Shown here piece after piece: positions 1 through 12,266 of a DNA stretch of 64,000 bases. The stretch covers positions 62,001-126,000 of the forward strand of contig MU005974.1 of NCBI GenBank assembly GCA_010093745.1, read 5' to 3'. Positions within the stretch are counted from its first letter, which is position 1; the number at the start of each line of letters is the position of its first letter. The translations under genes and the position numbers were made by a program. The notes under the pieces are model-generated. The model was not told the origin of the DNA and did no database searches. It worked only from the letters and a program-made list of their open reading frames with translations. The DNA is from Piedraia hortae CBS 480.64. Lineage: Eukaryota.

Positions 1-9
1 TCACGGGCA

Positions 10-824
10 AAGGCTTTTGAACGAAAATTGAACTTGTTCAAATCTGCAATGATCCCAATTCCTTTTCTGAGCGATAAATTAAGTCCGTGTCGCTTCGAAG
101 ATTCTTCCTTGAACCTACCGTGAAAAGCTCCGCAAGGAGGGCTGCAATGCAACATGTTCTAGAGTACCTTGCAATGAAGGGCCTTGTTGAATTTCTTTCA
201 AGCTAGAGGCAGACATTAGTCCTCAGGCGCGTTGCACTGCGGGGGTTTCCACATTTTTTGTTGGTGTTGTCTAGAGCCGTGCTAAGTTTTGGGTTGGTAA
301 GCTCATTATGATGACAAGAGGCAGAGTTTGTGGGTTTGTGGCTGTGGTGGAGCCCCGAGCAAAAGGCTAGGGATGCCGAGAAAGATTATCCAGCATTTCC
401 CACTCTGCCGCAGTGAATTCCTCCAACTCACCCACGGCCACCAGATCAGCCAGTGTGGCCTCAGTCATATTGTATGGCAAGTTTTATTGTTTGGCAAGTT
501 TTCACCCTTAGTCACGTCTCGAAGAATCGCAGCGTTCGAATAGCTCTGTGTATCGCTCCAGCTGTACTACCAAAGCTCGCAGCCGAGGGATGACAGCCTT
601 CTGGCTGAGACCAGAGCCGCTTGGAGAATTATCCAACAACCGCTCAATTTCGGCATCCAGCCCACCTAAACTTCTTGACGGATTTTTTGGAGGTGCCTCA
701 AGCGATTACTTCTATTTCATACTGGAGTACGATGGGGCTTTTCCTCTTTGCAGTGCTTGCACACGATCATTTCTTAATTCAGCTCATAGTGTTCCGCCAG
801 TACGCTTGGCTTAGTGGCAGACAT
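10..824 (-). mobile_element. Degenerate, internally deleted hAT-superfamily transposase relic
   Basis: Minus-strand translation from ATG 824 gives MSATKPSVLAEHYELN*EMIVCKHCKEEK...SNRLRHLQKIR, a BED zinc-finger pattern. Further down are ILRDVT (DVxTRWN-like) and EFTAAEWEMLDNLSRHP*PFARGS...TLPLVI, matching hAT EWxxLxxLxxxLxPFxxAT...TLxxV spacing. Several stops and frameshifts; no TIRs identified; left boundary uncertain. Confidence 0.55.
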
Positions 825-1754
825 TTTGAGCGGTTCTTGGTCGAGGTTTGGGTGGTAGGATGAGCAGAGTATAAAGAAGGGAAATAATGAAGAGGCTTGG
901 GGTGATAGAGATGAAAGGTGGTAAAGGCTGGTGAGAAATTAATGAGCAGTGGTTTGCGTTCGATGGAGATTTCTGCAGTCATTATATACTAATACTTAGC
1001 CCATGGACTGGTTTCGCCTATGACTTCTCTCATTTCAATGATGGGCGTGATCATATGTTCACCCAAGAAATCATTGAACTCATTTCACTTAGGCCTGCCA
1101 TTTATCCAACGATTAGCTTCGATTAGCATCATCAAACTTCCTCCACCACGAGATCATTGGGTTGGTTTACCTACCTAGGTGAATAAAAGGTCCTCCATAA
1201 ATACGATTCACCTGTTCGATATCTTGGAATGCCTGACGTCTCCGCTTACTCGGTCCGGCCCGACCCGCCGCAATTTGACCCCAGAGCATGAATATGTGGC
1301 TGAAGCAGGGCTATGATAGGTGCATGCGCAGTCTCCCTGCGCCCGATAGAAGGCCTGTCTAACTGATGGAACATCTCTTGACTATGCGCAGTTCCCAAAG
1401 CCTATCTCGAACTGCTTGCCAGCTTAAATATATATTCAATCCAATTGTTTATACGGTGTCAAGTCGTCAAACATAGTCAAGGTGGCATAGGCAGAGCTCA
1501 GATGCAACATCTTTGGGCCAGCACCCAATTACGCAAATGAACACAGTATACTGTCATCCGCCTGCACTGCCATAGAGCAAAAATCGCAGATATACGTCAT
1601 GTGTTGAGCCATCAGCTGAGTCCATGCATGCAGACACACTGCGCCACTCCTGAGGATCTAAGCCACAAACGTAAATCCCGAAGCCTACTGACATCTTCCC
1701 TCATCCTGAATCTCCTCGACTTTGGTTCCCGCATACCCATTTACTGTGTTCAGA

Positions 1755-4700
1755 ATGTCCCAATTGATTAGACGCTTGCGGTCGAAGCGGAACTCTCAGA
1801 CCTCGAGTTTACAAGTTTCCACATCACAGGGACCAGCTTTCACTTCCCAGCTTTCACAACATTTGCAGTTACACAATGTGCCTGTTCAGACTCAAGCTAC
1901 CATGGTAGCGTCAAGAAACCCCTTTCAAAACAGGGACCAGTTAATGCTTGATGTCCTTGCCGCTCTTAAGCCTGACGATCGCAAGTTCGTTAAGGAGCAA
2001 CTTCAGTCGAATAGCGGTCTTGTGAGAGACGCAGCTGGTGTCATTGCCTTGAGAGGACAAAACCAAACAAGAAGAAGCAGTCAATGGACTGCCAGGATGA
2101 GGAGAATTGCTGGTCAGATGATGCAATTTGCTTCGGTGTTTGACGTGGCTACGAACGTCCAAGCAGGAATTCTCAGCCTGCCGTGGGCTGGCATCCGCTC
2201 TCTACTGATGGTAAGGCATAAGTGTGTACTTGCAATCCTTAATAACACCAATGCTCCAGGTGGCTCAGAAGTCTCAAGAGCAGAGTGAGTCGATTCTGAA
2301 GGGAGTTGAAACAGTGCTGGATACCAGCTTTCTTCTCAACGCATACTTTGACCTATACAGCAAGCTCGATGGCACGCCCTCGATTGAACATTTGTACAAC
2401 AACATCGTCAAACTATACGGGGTCATTTGGAGATTCTTGGCCCACGCCCATCATACGTGCGATATGAAATGGATAGAGCGTACTATACACTCTTTGACTG
2501 ATGATATTATACCAAACTTCAAAAACGATCACGACGGGATACTGACAACTGTCCAATTCCATATAAAAGCTGTCGACCTCGAAATTTCCGAGGGGCAGCG
2601 GGCTTGGGTCAACGAGCGGTTAATTGCGCTAAAAAAAGCCCAAGAGGAAATCAATGAACGAGTGAAAGACATACAGCAAACGCTAGATCTTGATGCTCTC
2701 CAGATGGCTCCTGGAGCTGCCTACAACTCCATATATTACCACCATCGTGGCCAAAATGGCGAACCACAGTTGTGCTTGGAGGGTACCCGATTACAAATCA
2801 GGCAGAAAGTACTCGACTGGGCCACCAATGCCAATGAACAAAGGGTTTTCTGGCTATCTGGAAAGGCGGGGACAGGCAAATCCACGATTGCTCGTACCAT
2901 TGCTCATGATTTGGACAAACAAGGGTACCTGGTTGGAAGCTTCTTCTTTAAACGCGGTCAGGGCGAATTGGGCCATGTGCGTTGCCTCTTCCCCACTATC
3001 GCCCGACAAATGGCCCAATTCATACCCAGCATCAGAAACCAGATTGCCGATGCCACTCACGGCTTTCCTCCAGTAAAGGAAAGAGCACTGACAAGCCAGT
3101 TCGACAACCTTATCAAAGAGCCACTCTCGGGGTATAATACAGGTCATGCGACAGATGTCAGGGTGATCGTCATCGATGCACTGGACGAGTGCGAGGACTG
3201 GGGAGCAATTGGTAATGCTATAGCTCTCTGGCCGACACTTAGGGCCCATACTTCCATGAACTTGAGGGTGTTTGTGACAAGCCGTACAGACAATAAAGTT
3301 GGTGATAAGCTGAGCAGGTTGGAACACAAGGATCTCCAGCATGAGAGGCTCGAGCTCCTGCAAATGAGCACCATCAAACATGACTTGACAATGCTCTGTC
3401 ATCACGAACTAAAGAAACTTCGCGAAGAGAGCAGGAACGAGTGGAGCTACGATGAGCTAGAAGATTATTGGCCAGGAGAGGTTGTAGTCAACAAACTTGT
3501 GGACATATCCCAGCCACTGTCCATTGCGGCTTCTACAATATTCAGAGAAGTGCGTAACAATCCAAGACAACGTCTCCAAAGATGGGTAGACCGGCTCACC
3601 TTCTCTGGAACGGATGCACTGACCGTAATTTATGCCGACATCTTGGAACAAGCCGCCGACCTTGACAAAGAGTGGCTAATTTGGTTCAACAAGATCATCA
3701 AACCCATCGCTTTCCTGCAGTCCCCGCTAACCATTTCAGCGCTTACAGACCTGCTTGGAGGAGGAGATCTCATGCTTGTTACTAATGCTCTCAAGCCCCT
3801 GAGTCCTGTGATCGATTTTCCAAGTGGCAAAGAGGTGAAAGCGGGCTCGCGGGCCACGGTACGGATCTACCATGAGTCCTTCCGAGACTTCCTCGTGGAT
3901 TCCGATCTCAGGGGAAAATCTCCATTTTGGACTGACAAAGACGAGATGCACGGAGTTCTCCTGAGCAAGTGCACATCATTGCTCCAGAACAGACTATGCC
4001 GCGATATATGCAAACGTAAGAGCCCAGCGGCAGCACGTGAATCCGTCCCACCTGAGCATATCGACAAGCATATTTCTGAGTCAGTAGAGTACGCCTGCTG
4101 CAACTGGGTTCACCATGCAATTCAAAGTCACCAGTCCATTCAAGATGGAGGACAGGTAGATTGCTTTTTGCGCGCATATTTTCTCTCATGGACAGAGTCG
4201 ATGGCTTGGCTGGACAAACTTGGGGAGATGGTATCAAGCCTCAAGCAATTACAGAAGGCAATCGACGTGAGTATCATGCCTTTCATCAACTACGAAGACC
4301 ATAGCTAATTCTGTATAGGCTACATGTTCACCCGAGTTGCACTCATTTGTCGCCGACGCTTTGAAATGGGTACCAGCACATAGAAATATGATCATTAATG
4401 TACCGCTTCAAACCTATCTTTCAGCACTTGCCTTCGCTCCGATCAACAGTATTGTACAAATACCTTTATTCCTGAAATGACCAAATTTTTGCAGGTCTGG
4501 TCGCCAGTCGTGTGTGATTGGAGCTCATTTTTGCAAACATTGAGGTAGCATGCGAGTTGTGTATTACCTATAGCACCTTCGCTAGATGGAAAAAGGCTTG
4601 TAACCTCCACCTGGAACAAAACAGTATGACTGTGGTATATTAAAAGTTGTACCGAAGAAGCATGTTTGGAGGTTAACTCACATGTCATTTCGTCATAAAC

Positions 4701-6309
4701 TTCCGAGGAAGGCCATGTATTGATCGCAAGGTTGGATGGAGAACATTTGAGGTTGAAAGTGGAAGACGACGTCAGACAGGATTGATTGATTGCCTGGCGA
4801 CGCAAATTATCTTTCGGTGTCTCCAAATGGCCGGTTTGCTGGCTAGGGTCTGGCAACTGGTGGAATATACATTTGGAATGTCGACAACGGCACCGGAAAG
4901 GTGCTTGAGGTTCAAATTTCTCCAGTATGGTGCATAACGTTCTCGCCAGACAACGAGACATAGTGTCCGGATCCACAGATATCTGGAGATGGAGCACGGA
5001 AGCTAAGGACGAGAGGATTTGTCAAGTAGGCGAGAAGATCGAACTTATCGCCGTCTCGCGTTACCGCAACTTCGTAGTTCTCTGGTCCGCATTTGGCGCA
5101 GTATCTTTATTCAGCTAGGATACCCAGAGGATTGATCGGATCATGAACATCCTTTAACTGAATCTATTTCGCTTCCTCACGATCACTCCAAACAGCCAGA
5201 GAGTTTTGATCTCAACCAGCCTACAAACCTTCTCGTACATCGTTAAGTCAAGCTCTAGGCCAAGTAAACTGGCCTGACATACCAGCCCTATCATCACGAT
5301 GACATGCTCGTCCGACGAGAAGACTCTCTGGGCCAGCGCTGCTGATGGAACGGTGATACAATTGGATGCGGAACTGAGTTTGAGAAGTCAGCACAGGAGG
5401 ACTAACACCGCGACCGTTGCATTGTCAGCGGATGGTCGATCGATTGCCTCAGTATCTCGACCCAACTAGCTATGTCTTTGGGACACTGAATCTTGGGGTG
5501 CCAAGCTCTCGCACCTTGAACGCTTTCTTAACATCCAATTTACATATTGACCCGTATATGTCGTATGTGTAAATAATTCGATCGTCTGCGGAGGAGCATG
5601 CGCGGATCACGAATGCTTCCCGTTAATTAACGACGAGGCTTGAGTTCGAGGGTTCCATACCCTTGTATGATTGATCGATAGCGACGCAAAATCTCATCCA
5701 TTTGGAGAGAGTACAATATCCTAGACTTTTTTCCGTGTGACCCGTAAAAGTCCCCAGTTGGACACCACTCTTCAATTCACAAGCCCGTACCTGACCATTG
5801 TACAAACCGCAAAAGAGGACTTTGCGGTCTGGGAATTTCGCAAGAGCAAAGATATCACCAGGCCCGTTTTCCATCTCCCTCAATTCATTTGCTTCAAGCT
5901 CTCATATTAAGGCCAGGTTGTCTGGGTGGTGGTATAAGTCGGCAACGACCGTGAAGCGATTGTCGAAGATCCTTATGATGGTTCGATACTCTTCCAGGAT
6001 CGCTTTGTTGATGCACAGTTTCTGCCTTTCCTCCTCATGTTAGAGACCAATGAAACTGATCCGGCTCAAATGCGAACAGATAAGTTGGCATGGATCAAAT
6101 TTCCTTCAATGTTTAGAAAACGCGAAGTTTGGGCCCTAGAACTATTCGATCACAATGGAGGATGGATCACCGCCAATCGTCGGAAGATACTAAAGCTTCC
6201 TCTCTCAGTCAAGCCAGATCGATGGGTCTCGAGTCAGCGGACGATTGTTATTCCGTACAAGGAGACTGGTTTTACCGTGTTTGAATTCATGTTAGATGTA
6301 GAGATATAG
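1755..6309 (+). pseudogene. NACHT-WD40 NLR copy A: N-terminal and NACHT regions open (874 aa if spliced), WD40 half disrupted
   Basis: Exons 1755-2210, 2260-4266, 4319 onward; introns 2211-2259 and 4267-4318. Walker A GKAGTGKST, Walker B VIVIDALDEC. Frameshift near 4457 gives a stop at 4478-4480. The WD40 homology region has further stops (4546, 4627, 4696, 5116, 5467) and an inverted segment at about 5490-5970. The C-terminal remnant (RWVSSQRTIVIPYKETGFTVFEF) matches the other copies. Confidence 0.9.
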
Positions 6310-7313
6310 ATCTCGTGGGTGAGAGTGCACAGCGACCCGAAGAGGACAGAGCGATAGACGGAAGCAGGGACAGGAAAGATGTAGATGTATATGAGTCAAA
6401 AATACCAGTTGCAGCATGGTGGTGTGAATGACTATATTTTTATGAGGGGACTTTCAGAATGAAAATTCTGTACCGGTGGGCCGGTGACGTCACGTCGTAC
6501 ACTAGTGGGGCGTATTCACCATGTCACATATGACATGACCCTGAGGGGAAACCTCTGTGAGGGAAAAACCTAGGGTGCATCTGGTAGTGTAGGAGGTATC
6601 GCTGACTTGCTATGCAAGTGCCCTGCATACGCGCTAGCGGCGATGCTTGAATCCAACATTAGACGCCTGCGTTGGGTAGATAGGGCACTGGAATCTCCAG
6701 GGTTTTACCTTATGGAGGAGGTTTCCCCTCGACCGTGGTTACGTCTAAGGACGTTGTCGCGGCGAATGCAGTTGAGGCCGGAAAGAGAGTCTAGACCAGT
6801 CATGCGGTGCAAGCCTTCTCTAGATTTCAGACGGATTCCATAATGAGGTATCACACACACTGTTGACTGTGTCACCATTCACCAATCTCGAAGTGATATG
6901 AGTAGATCCCTCCCTCCTTCCGATGATTCATGGCTAAAGTGTCTTTTTAGTCCAATGTAGAAAGATTTGAGTTCTGCGAGCTGAAGTCGCTCTGGAAATC
7001 TTCGTGCGATGCTAAGTGTATTGGGGCTAATGACATGAGACGTTTCTGGGATTTCGTTGGGGAGAAGGGTACTTGTTCTCGGGGACGTTGCGTTCAGTTT
7101 CGATGTCTCCACACCCGCTGTCAATCTCTCTATCCGCTTGCACGTAGCATATGTGTTTCACGACGTCACCCGTTAGCTATACATATGCATGCATGCCACT
7201 TTTACCCCACCTCATCAGGCCTCAGCCATGGGCGCAGCGAAGCCTTGCGAGAACTTCTTCCATCCAATATCTCTTCGGCTTGGGCTTTCTCATAACCTCT
7301 TGTTCTGTCCCGG

Positions 7314-10300
7314 ATGCGTGAATTAGCGAGGAACTTCAAAGAGAAGGGGAAGTCTCCGACCTCACGCCTACCAATATCCACTTCACAGGCTTCAGCTTCC
7401 GCCACACAGCCACTCCAATTCTCGCAGCCATACAATGCGCTCATCCCTGTTTCAGCTCCCGTGCTAGTCCCAAGGGTCCCTTTTCGAGATATAAGCCAGT
7501 TGAGACTTGATGCCCTCGTCAGTCTTCCACCTGACGACCATAAGCTCGTTGAGGACCTACTTGGTCCAAACAGTGATTTTTCAAGAGATGCAGCCAGAAT
7601 CCTGGCCTTGAGAGGGCGGAATCAAGCCAAGAAGCCCGACCAGTACATTATCGGCATGAAGAAAATATCTTGTCAGATCATGCAATTTGCAACGGTATTT
7701 GACGTCGCGACGAATGCCCAAGCGGAAGTGCTGAGCTTGCCATGGGCCGGCATTCGCTCTTTACTGATGGTAGGTAGTGATTATATGATTAGATCCCGTG
7801 GTAATAGCATTTCTCCAGATGGCTCAGAGGGCTCACGAGCAGAGTGAGTCGGTCCTAAAGGGAATTGAAACAGCGCTGGACACCAGCTACCTTCTCGACA
7901 CATACTTTAACACATACAGCAAGCTCAATGGCACACCGAGCATTGGACTTTTGTACGACAATGTCGTCAAGCTGTACGGCCTTATTCTGAAGTTCTTGGC
8001 CCATGCCCACAACGCAAGCGATATGAACAGGCTGGAACGCGTGGTACACTCTCTGACCGATGATGTTTTACCCAAATTCAGGGCCGAGCACGATGCAATG
8101 CTGAAGATTGTTCAATCCTATGCGGGAGCTGTCAACCTCGAGGTGTCCGGAAGACAGCGGGTATGGGTTACCAAACAGCTAGAGCTGCTGAGGAAGGACC
8201 AAGAAAATATCAACAAAGGAGTTAAGGGTGTCCAACAAACGCTAGACCTTAGCGCTCTTCCAAGCGTTGACGGAGCAGCTTACAACTCAATAGACTACCG
8301 CAATCGCAACCAGATTGGTGAGTCGCAGTTGTGTCTGCACGGCACCCGGGTGCAGATCAGACAGACAATACTGAACTGGGCCACCACCGCCAATGACCAA
8401 AGGGTGTTTTGGCTATCGGGGAAGGCTGGAACGGGTAAATCCACGATTGCACGAACCGTTGCCCATGAACTGGCAAAACAGGGGTACTTGGTGGGCAGTT
8501 TCTTCTTTAGGCGCGGTCGGGGTGATCTGGACCGAGTGCGTTATCTGCTTCCTACCATCGCCCGCCAAATGGCCGAGTCAATACCCAGCATCAGCCACGA
8601 AATTGCTGCTGCCATTCATGGCGTGCCTCCAGTGGATGAAAGGCCGTTGACCAGTCAATTTGACGCGCTTATCAAAGACCCGCTTTCGGGTTATAATACC
8701 GGGCACGCGACGGATGTCAGGGTGATTGTCATCGACGCTCTTGATGAGTGCGAGGACTGGGGCGCGATTGGTAATGTCATGTCTCTGTGGCCAAAGCTCG
8801 CTGCACATACCTCCATGAATCTGAGAGTTTTTGTGACGAGTCGATCCGACCATAAAGTCGGCGATAAGCTCAGCAGACTGGAGCCCAGTGGCCTTCAACG
8901 CGAGAAGCTTGAGAACCTGCAAACTAGCACGATCAAACAGGATTTGACCTTGTTCTGTAATGATGAACTGAGGAAGCTTCGCGAGGAGAGCAAGAGTATT
9001 TTAAGTCATGATGCGCTAGAGGATGGCTGGCCAGGAGAGATTGTTGTCAATAAGCTTGTTGACATTTGTCAGCCACTGTTCATCGCGGCATCCACGATAT
9101 TCAGAGATGTGAGCAGCAACCCACGACAGCGCCTTCAAAGATGGGTGGATCGACTTAACTTCTGTGATGCTGATGCACTGTCTGTCATTTACTCGGACAT
9201 CCTGGAACAGGCCGCTGATCTTGACAAAGAGTGGCTCAGTTGGTTCAACAAAGTTATCAAACCGATCGCTCTCCTGCAGTCCCCTCTCACCATCTCTGCG
9301 CTGACAGATCTGCTGGGAGGAGGAGACCCCATGCTTGTTACTAATGCCCTCAAGCCTTTGAGTTCAGTCATTGACTTTCCAAGTGGTAAAGAGGTGAAGG
9401 CGGGCTCATGGGCTACGGTGCGGATTTACCATGAATCCTTCAGAGACTTCCTTATGGGATCCAATCTGAAGGGCAAGTCTTCGTTCTGGACTGATGAAGC
9501 AAAGACGCATGGCGTCCTCCTGGGCAAGTGCATAGCGTTGCTGAAACACAAACTTGGCCGCAATGTATGCAAGCAGAATGATCCGGCGGCAGAACAGTAT
9601 TCCCTGCCACCTGAACATGTTGGGAGGTTCATACCAATGGCAGTACAATATGCTTGTCACAATTGGGTCAACCATGCAAGCCACAGCAAGCATAAAATTG
9701 AGGATGACGGACAAGTAGATCGTTTCTTACGCACATGTTTCCTCTTTTGGATAGAAGCAATGGCTTGGCTGGATAAAGTCGGCGAAGTCCTACTAAGCCT
9801 TAGGCAGCTGCAAAAATATATCGAAGTAGGTTTCGTGTCCGCCTATGTCAAAGGTACGGTAGCTGATTCTCCACAGGCAAAGTGCTCATCTGCGGTACGA
9901 TCCTTTGTCGCCGATGCTCTGAGGTGGGTACCAGCACATCGCGAAATTATCAGCGATACACCGCTTCAAACATATCTCTCCGCACTTGCATTCGCGCCCA
10001 GCAACAGTGTTGTGAAAACCAGCGTCGATCATGTTATAGACGATTTTTTGCAAGTTTGGTCGCCAATCACGAGTGACTGGGGCCCCATCTTGCAAAAAGT
10101 GGGTCTATTGGAAGGAGAAAACACAATGGGGAATCAAATCCGGTCGATAGCGCTTTCGACGGATGGCACGAAGCTTGTAACCACTGTCGACGATGGCACA
10201 GTACGACTGATAAACGTTGAAAGCGGTACAGAAGAAGACTGTAAGGAGATTAAGATATGCAGCGTCGCTTCGTTAATCTCTGGACAAAATCTTGCGACAA

Positions 10301-11913
10301 TTGCCGGGCTAGACGGGAGTCTTTGGAAGTGGAAATTGGGGGAAGAACTAAGAAAATTCGATTCGAAGCTTCCTGGCGTGGCAAAATGCGCGTCCGTCTC
10401 TCCGGATGGTCGGGTAGCTGCTTGGGGCCTAGACGATGGCAAGATCTACCTTTTGCATGTCGAAAACAACATCGGAGAGGTAATCCGGGGACACAGTTCC
10501 TCTGTACTGTGCATGAGGTTCTTATCAGATAATGAAACACTACTTTCTGGATCTACAGAGATCTGGAGGTGGTGCACGAAAGCTGGACATGAGAGAGTTT
10601 GTGAGGTAGGCACCAACATCCACGACATTACCATCTCACCGGACGGGAATACTATTGCTTGGTCCGCCGAGCAGATAATATCGGTGTTTCACTGCGACAC
10701 TCATGAAGTTGACCAGATCAAATACAAGGGCAGATCTCCCTCTTTCACGATCACTCCAGACAGCCAGAAGATCTTAATTTCATATCACACAAGCCCGTAT
10801 GGCCCACGCATCCTCCTGTGCGACTTGCGAACGAAATTGAAGCCAATCGAGCTGTACTTGGACCTGCAGGAACTGGGCAACATGACATTCTCACACGACG
10901 GGAAGACGATCTGGGTCGGGAGGTTCGGAGAATCACTGACACAGTTAGACGCAAATCTGGTAATGAAAAGTCGGCAGCAAAGCACCGGCAAGGCCGCTAT
11001 CGCACTGTCAACAGATGGCCAATCGCTCGCGTCATTGTCTCATGATCACCAGCTGAAACTTTGGAGCACGGAAACAAAGGTTTGCAAGCAACGTTTGTCA
11101 GATAAAAGGCTCCTCAAGGTTGCTGGGCCACAAGACAGCGTCATTTTGATCTCGTCAGATAGTCGTTTTGTGGTTGTGGCCGACCTAGACTCATTGAGCA
11201 GTGCTGTGTTCATGTGGAATCTTGAAAAGAATGAATTAAGAGAGCTAGAGCACAGGGCCCAACGAGTGTCTGCTCTTGCAATTTCTCCAGACAACAAAAC
11301 CTTATTGTGCGGCTTTCGTAACGGTTATATTTGGACTATGGATCTAGAAAGTGGCGAACGGCTAAAGTCGTTCACGGGGAACACGATGAGGATCAAACAT
11401 ATTGCGTTTTCTCCAACTGGGCAAGATTTTGCATCGGTATCAGCTGATAGTACAATAAGGATCTGGAGCCCTGAATCACAAACTCCATTGATTTTCGGCG
11501 ACTTGGCCTTTCCCGACACAGCAGCTTTCTCAGCAGGTGGTCGGATGCTTTACTCAGCAGGTCCCCGTCACATCTTCGAATGGGACATTGAAAAGGCGTG
11601 CAAGGTGCGCGCACTTCGCTTGGAAGACCCACAGGGTGGTGGTTTGGTACTCGTCAACGGTCGCTTCATGCCGTCAGCTTTTTTGCCATTCCTGGGGAGG
11701 TCAGAGGCTAATGACGTTGATTCGATATCCGAAAACCAAGAAATCTGGGCCGTGGATTGGCAAAGATGGATAAAAATTGATGGTCGGAATATGTTGATAT
11801 TTGCTGATCCCCTGAAGAGACGCGGTTGGATTTCGTGTGGACGGACAATGGTGTTTCCGAACGATGAGACTGGCTTCACTGTATTGAATTTCACCGGCAA
11901 AACCTCTTTCTAA
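7314..11913 (+). CDS. NACHT-WD40 NLR copy B, intact (HET-E/NWD-like architecture, 1499 aa if both introns are spliced)
   Basis: Exons 7314-7769, 7819-9825, 9877-11913; introns 7770-7818 and 9826-9876. Helical N-terminal domain with LSLPWAGIRSLL, NACHT Walker A/B, HESFRDFL motif, PLQTYLSALAFAP junction motif, then degenerate WD40 repeats (SPDG..., IRIW, LWST). Confidence 0.93.
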
Positions 11914-12266
11914 TCTGTTCGCTCTACAGTTTTATCAAATAGAATAGCGTAAATTCTTATCGAAGCTTAGAACCGCATAAATTGCTTAGCCTATAGCACG
12001 GGAACTTAAAGTTCCATTGCTGACTCACAGCATATCAGTAAGAACAATGGGAAGTAGATGGCTCGGCCGATTTGCAGTTGAGAGGGGCCTTCCAAGAAGA
12101 TCGTGCGCCTATCAGGATGGTTTGGAGGGTCGAAAAACTCGTGGAACAGCCCGTCAGCGAAGCATTGAAAGTTCACACTTCCTTTGTCAAACTCACAAAT
12201 AATAACCCACTCGATAGACTCGCTATTCACCCCCCCCCCCTCAACAAACCTAATCATACAATGCTA

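Noticed and set aside
1755..1920. Amyloid signalling motif at the NLR N-termini
   Set aside because: The linker is S/T/Q/P-rich but lacks recognisable HRAM, PP or sigma patterns, and no adjacent HeLo/HET-s-like effector gene is seen.
4440..6000. RIP as the cause of NLR copy A decay
   Set aside because: Stops arise from mixed changes (CGA>TGA, CAG>TAG, TGG>TGA and others) plus indels, and the region is not visibly AT/TpA enriched. RIP indices were not computed.
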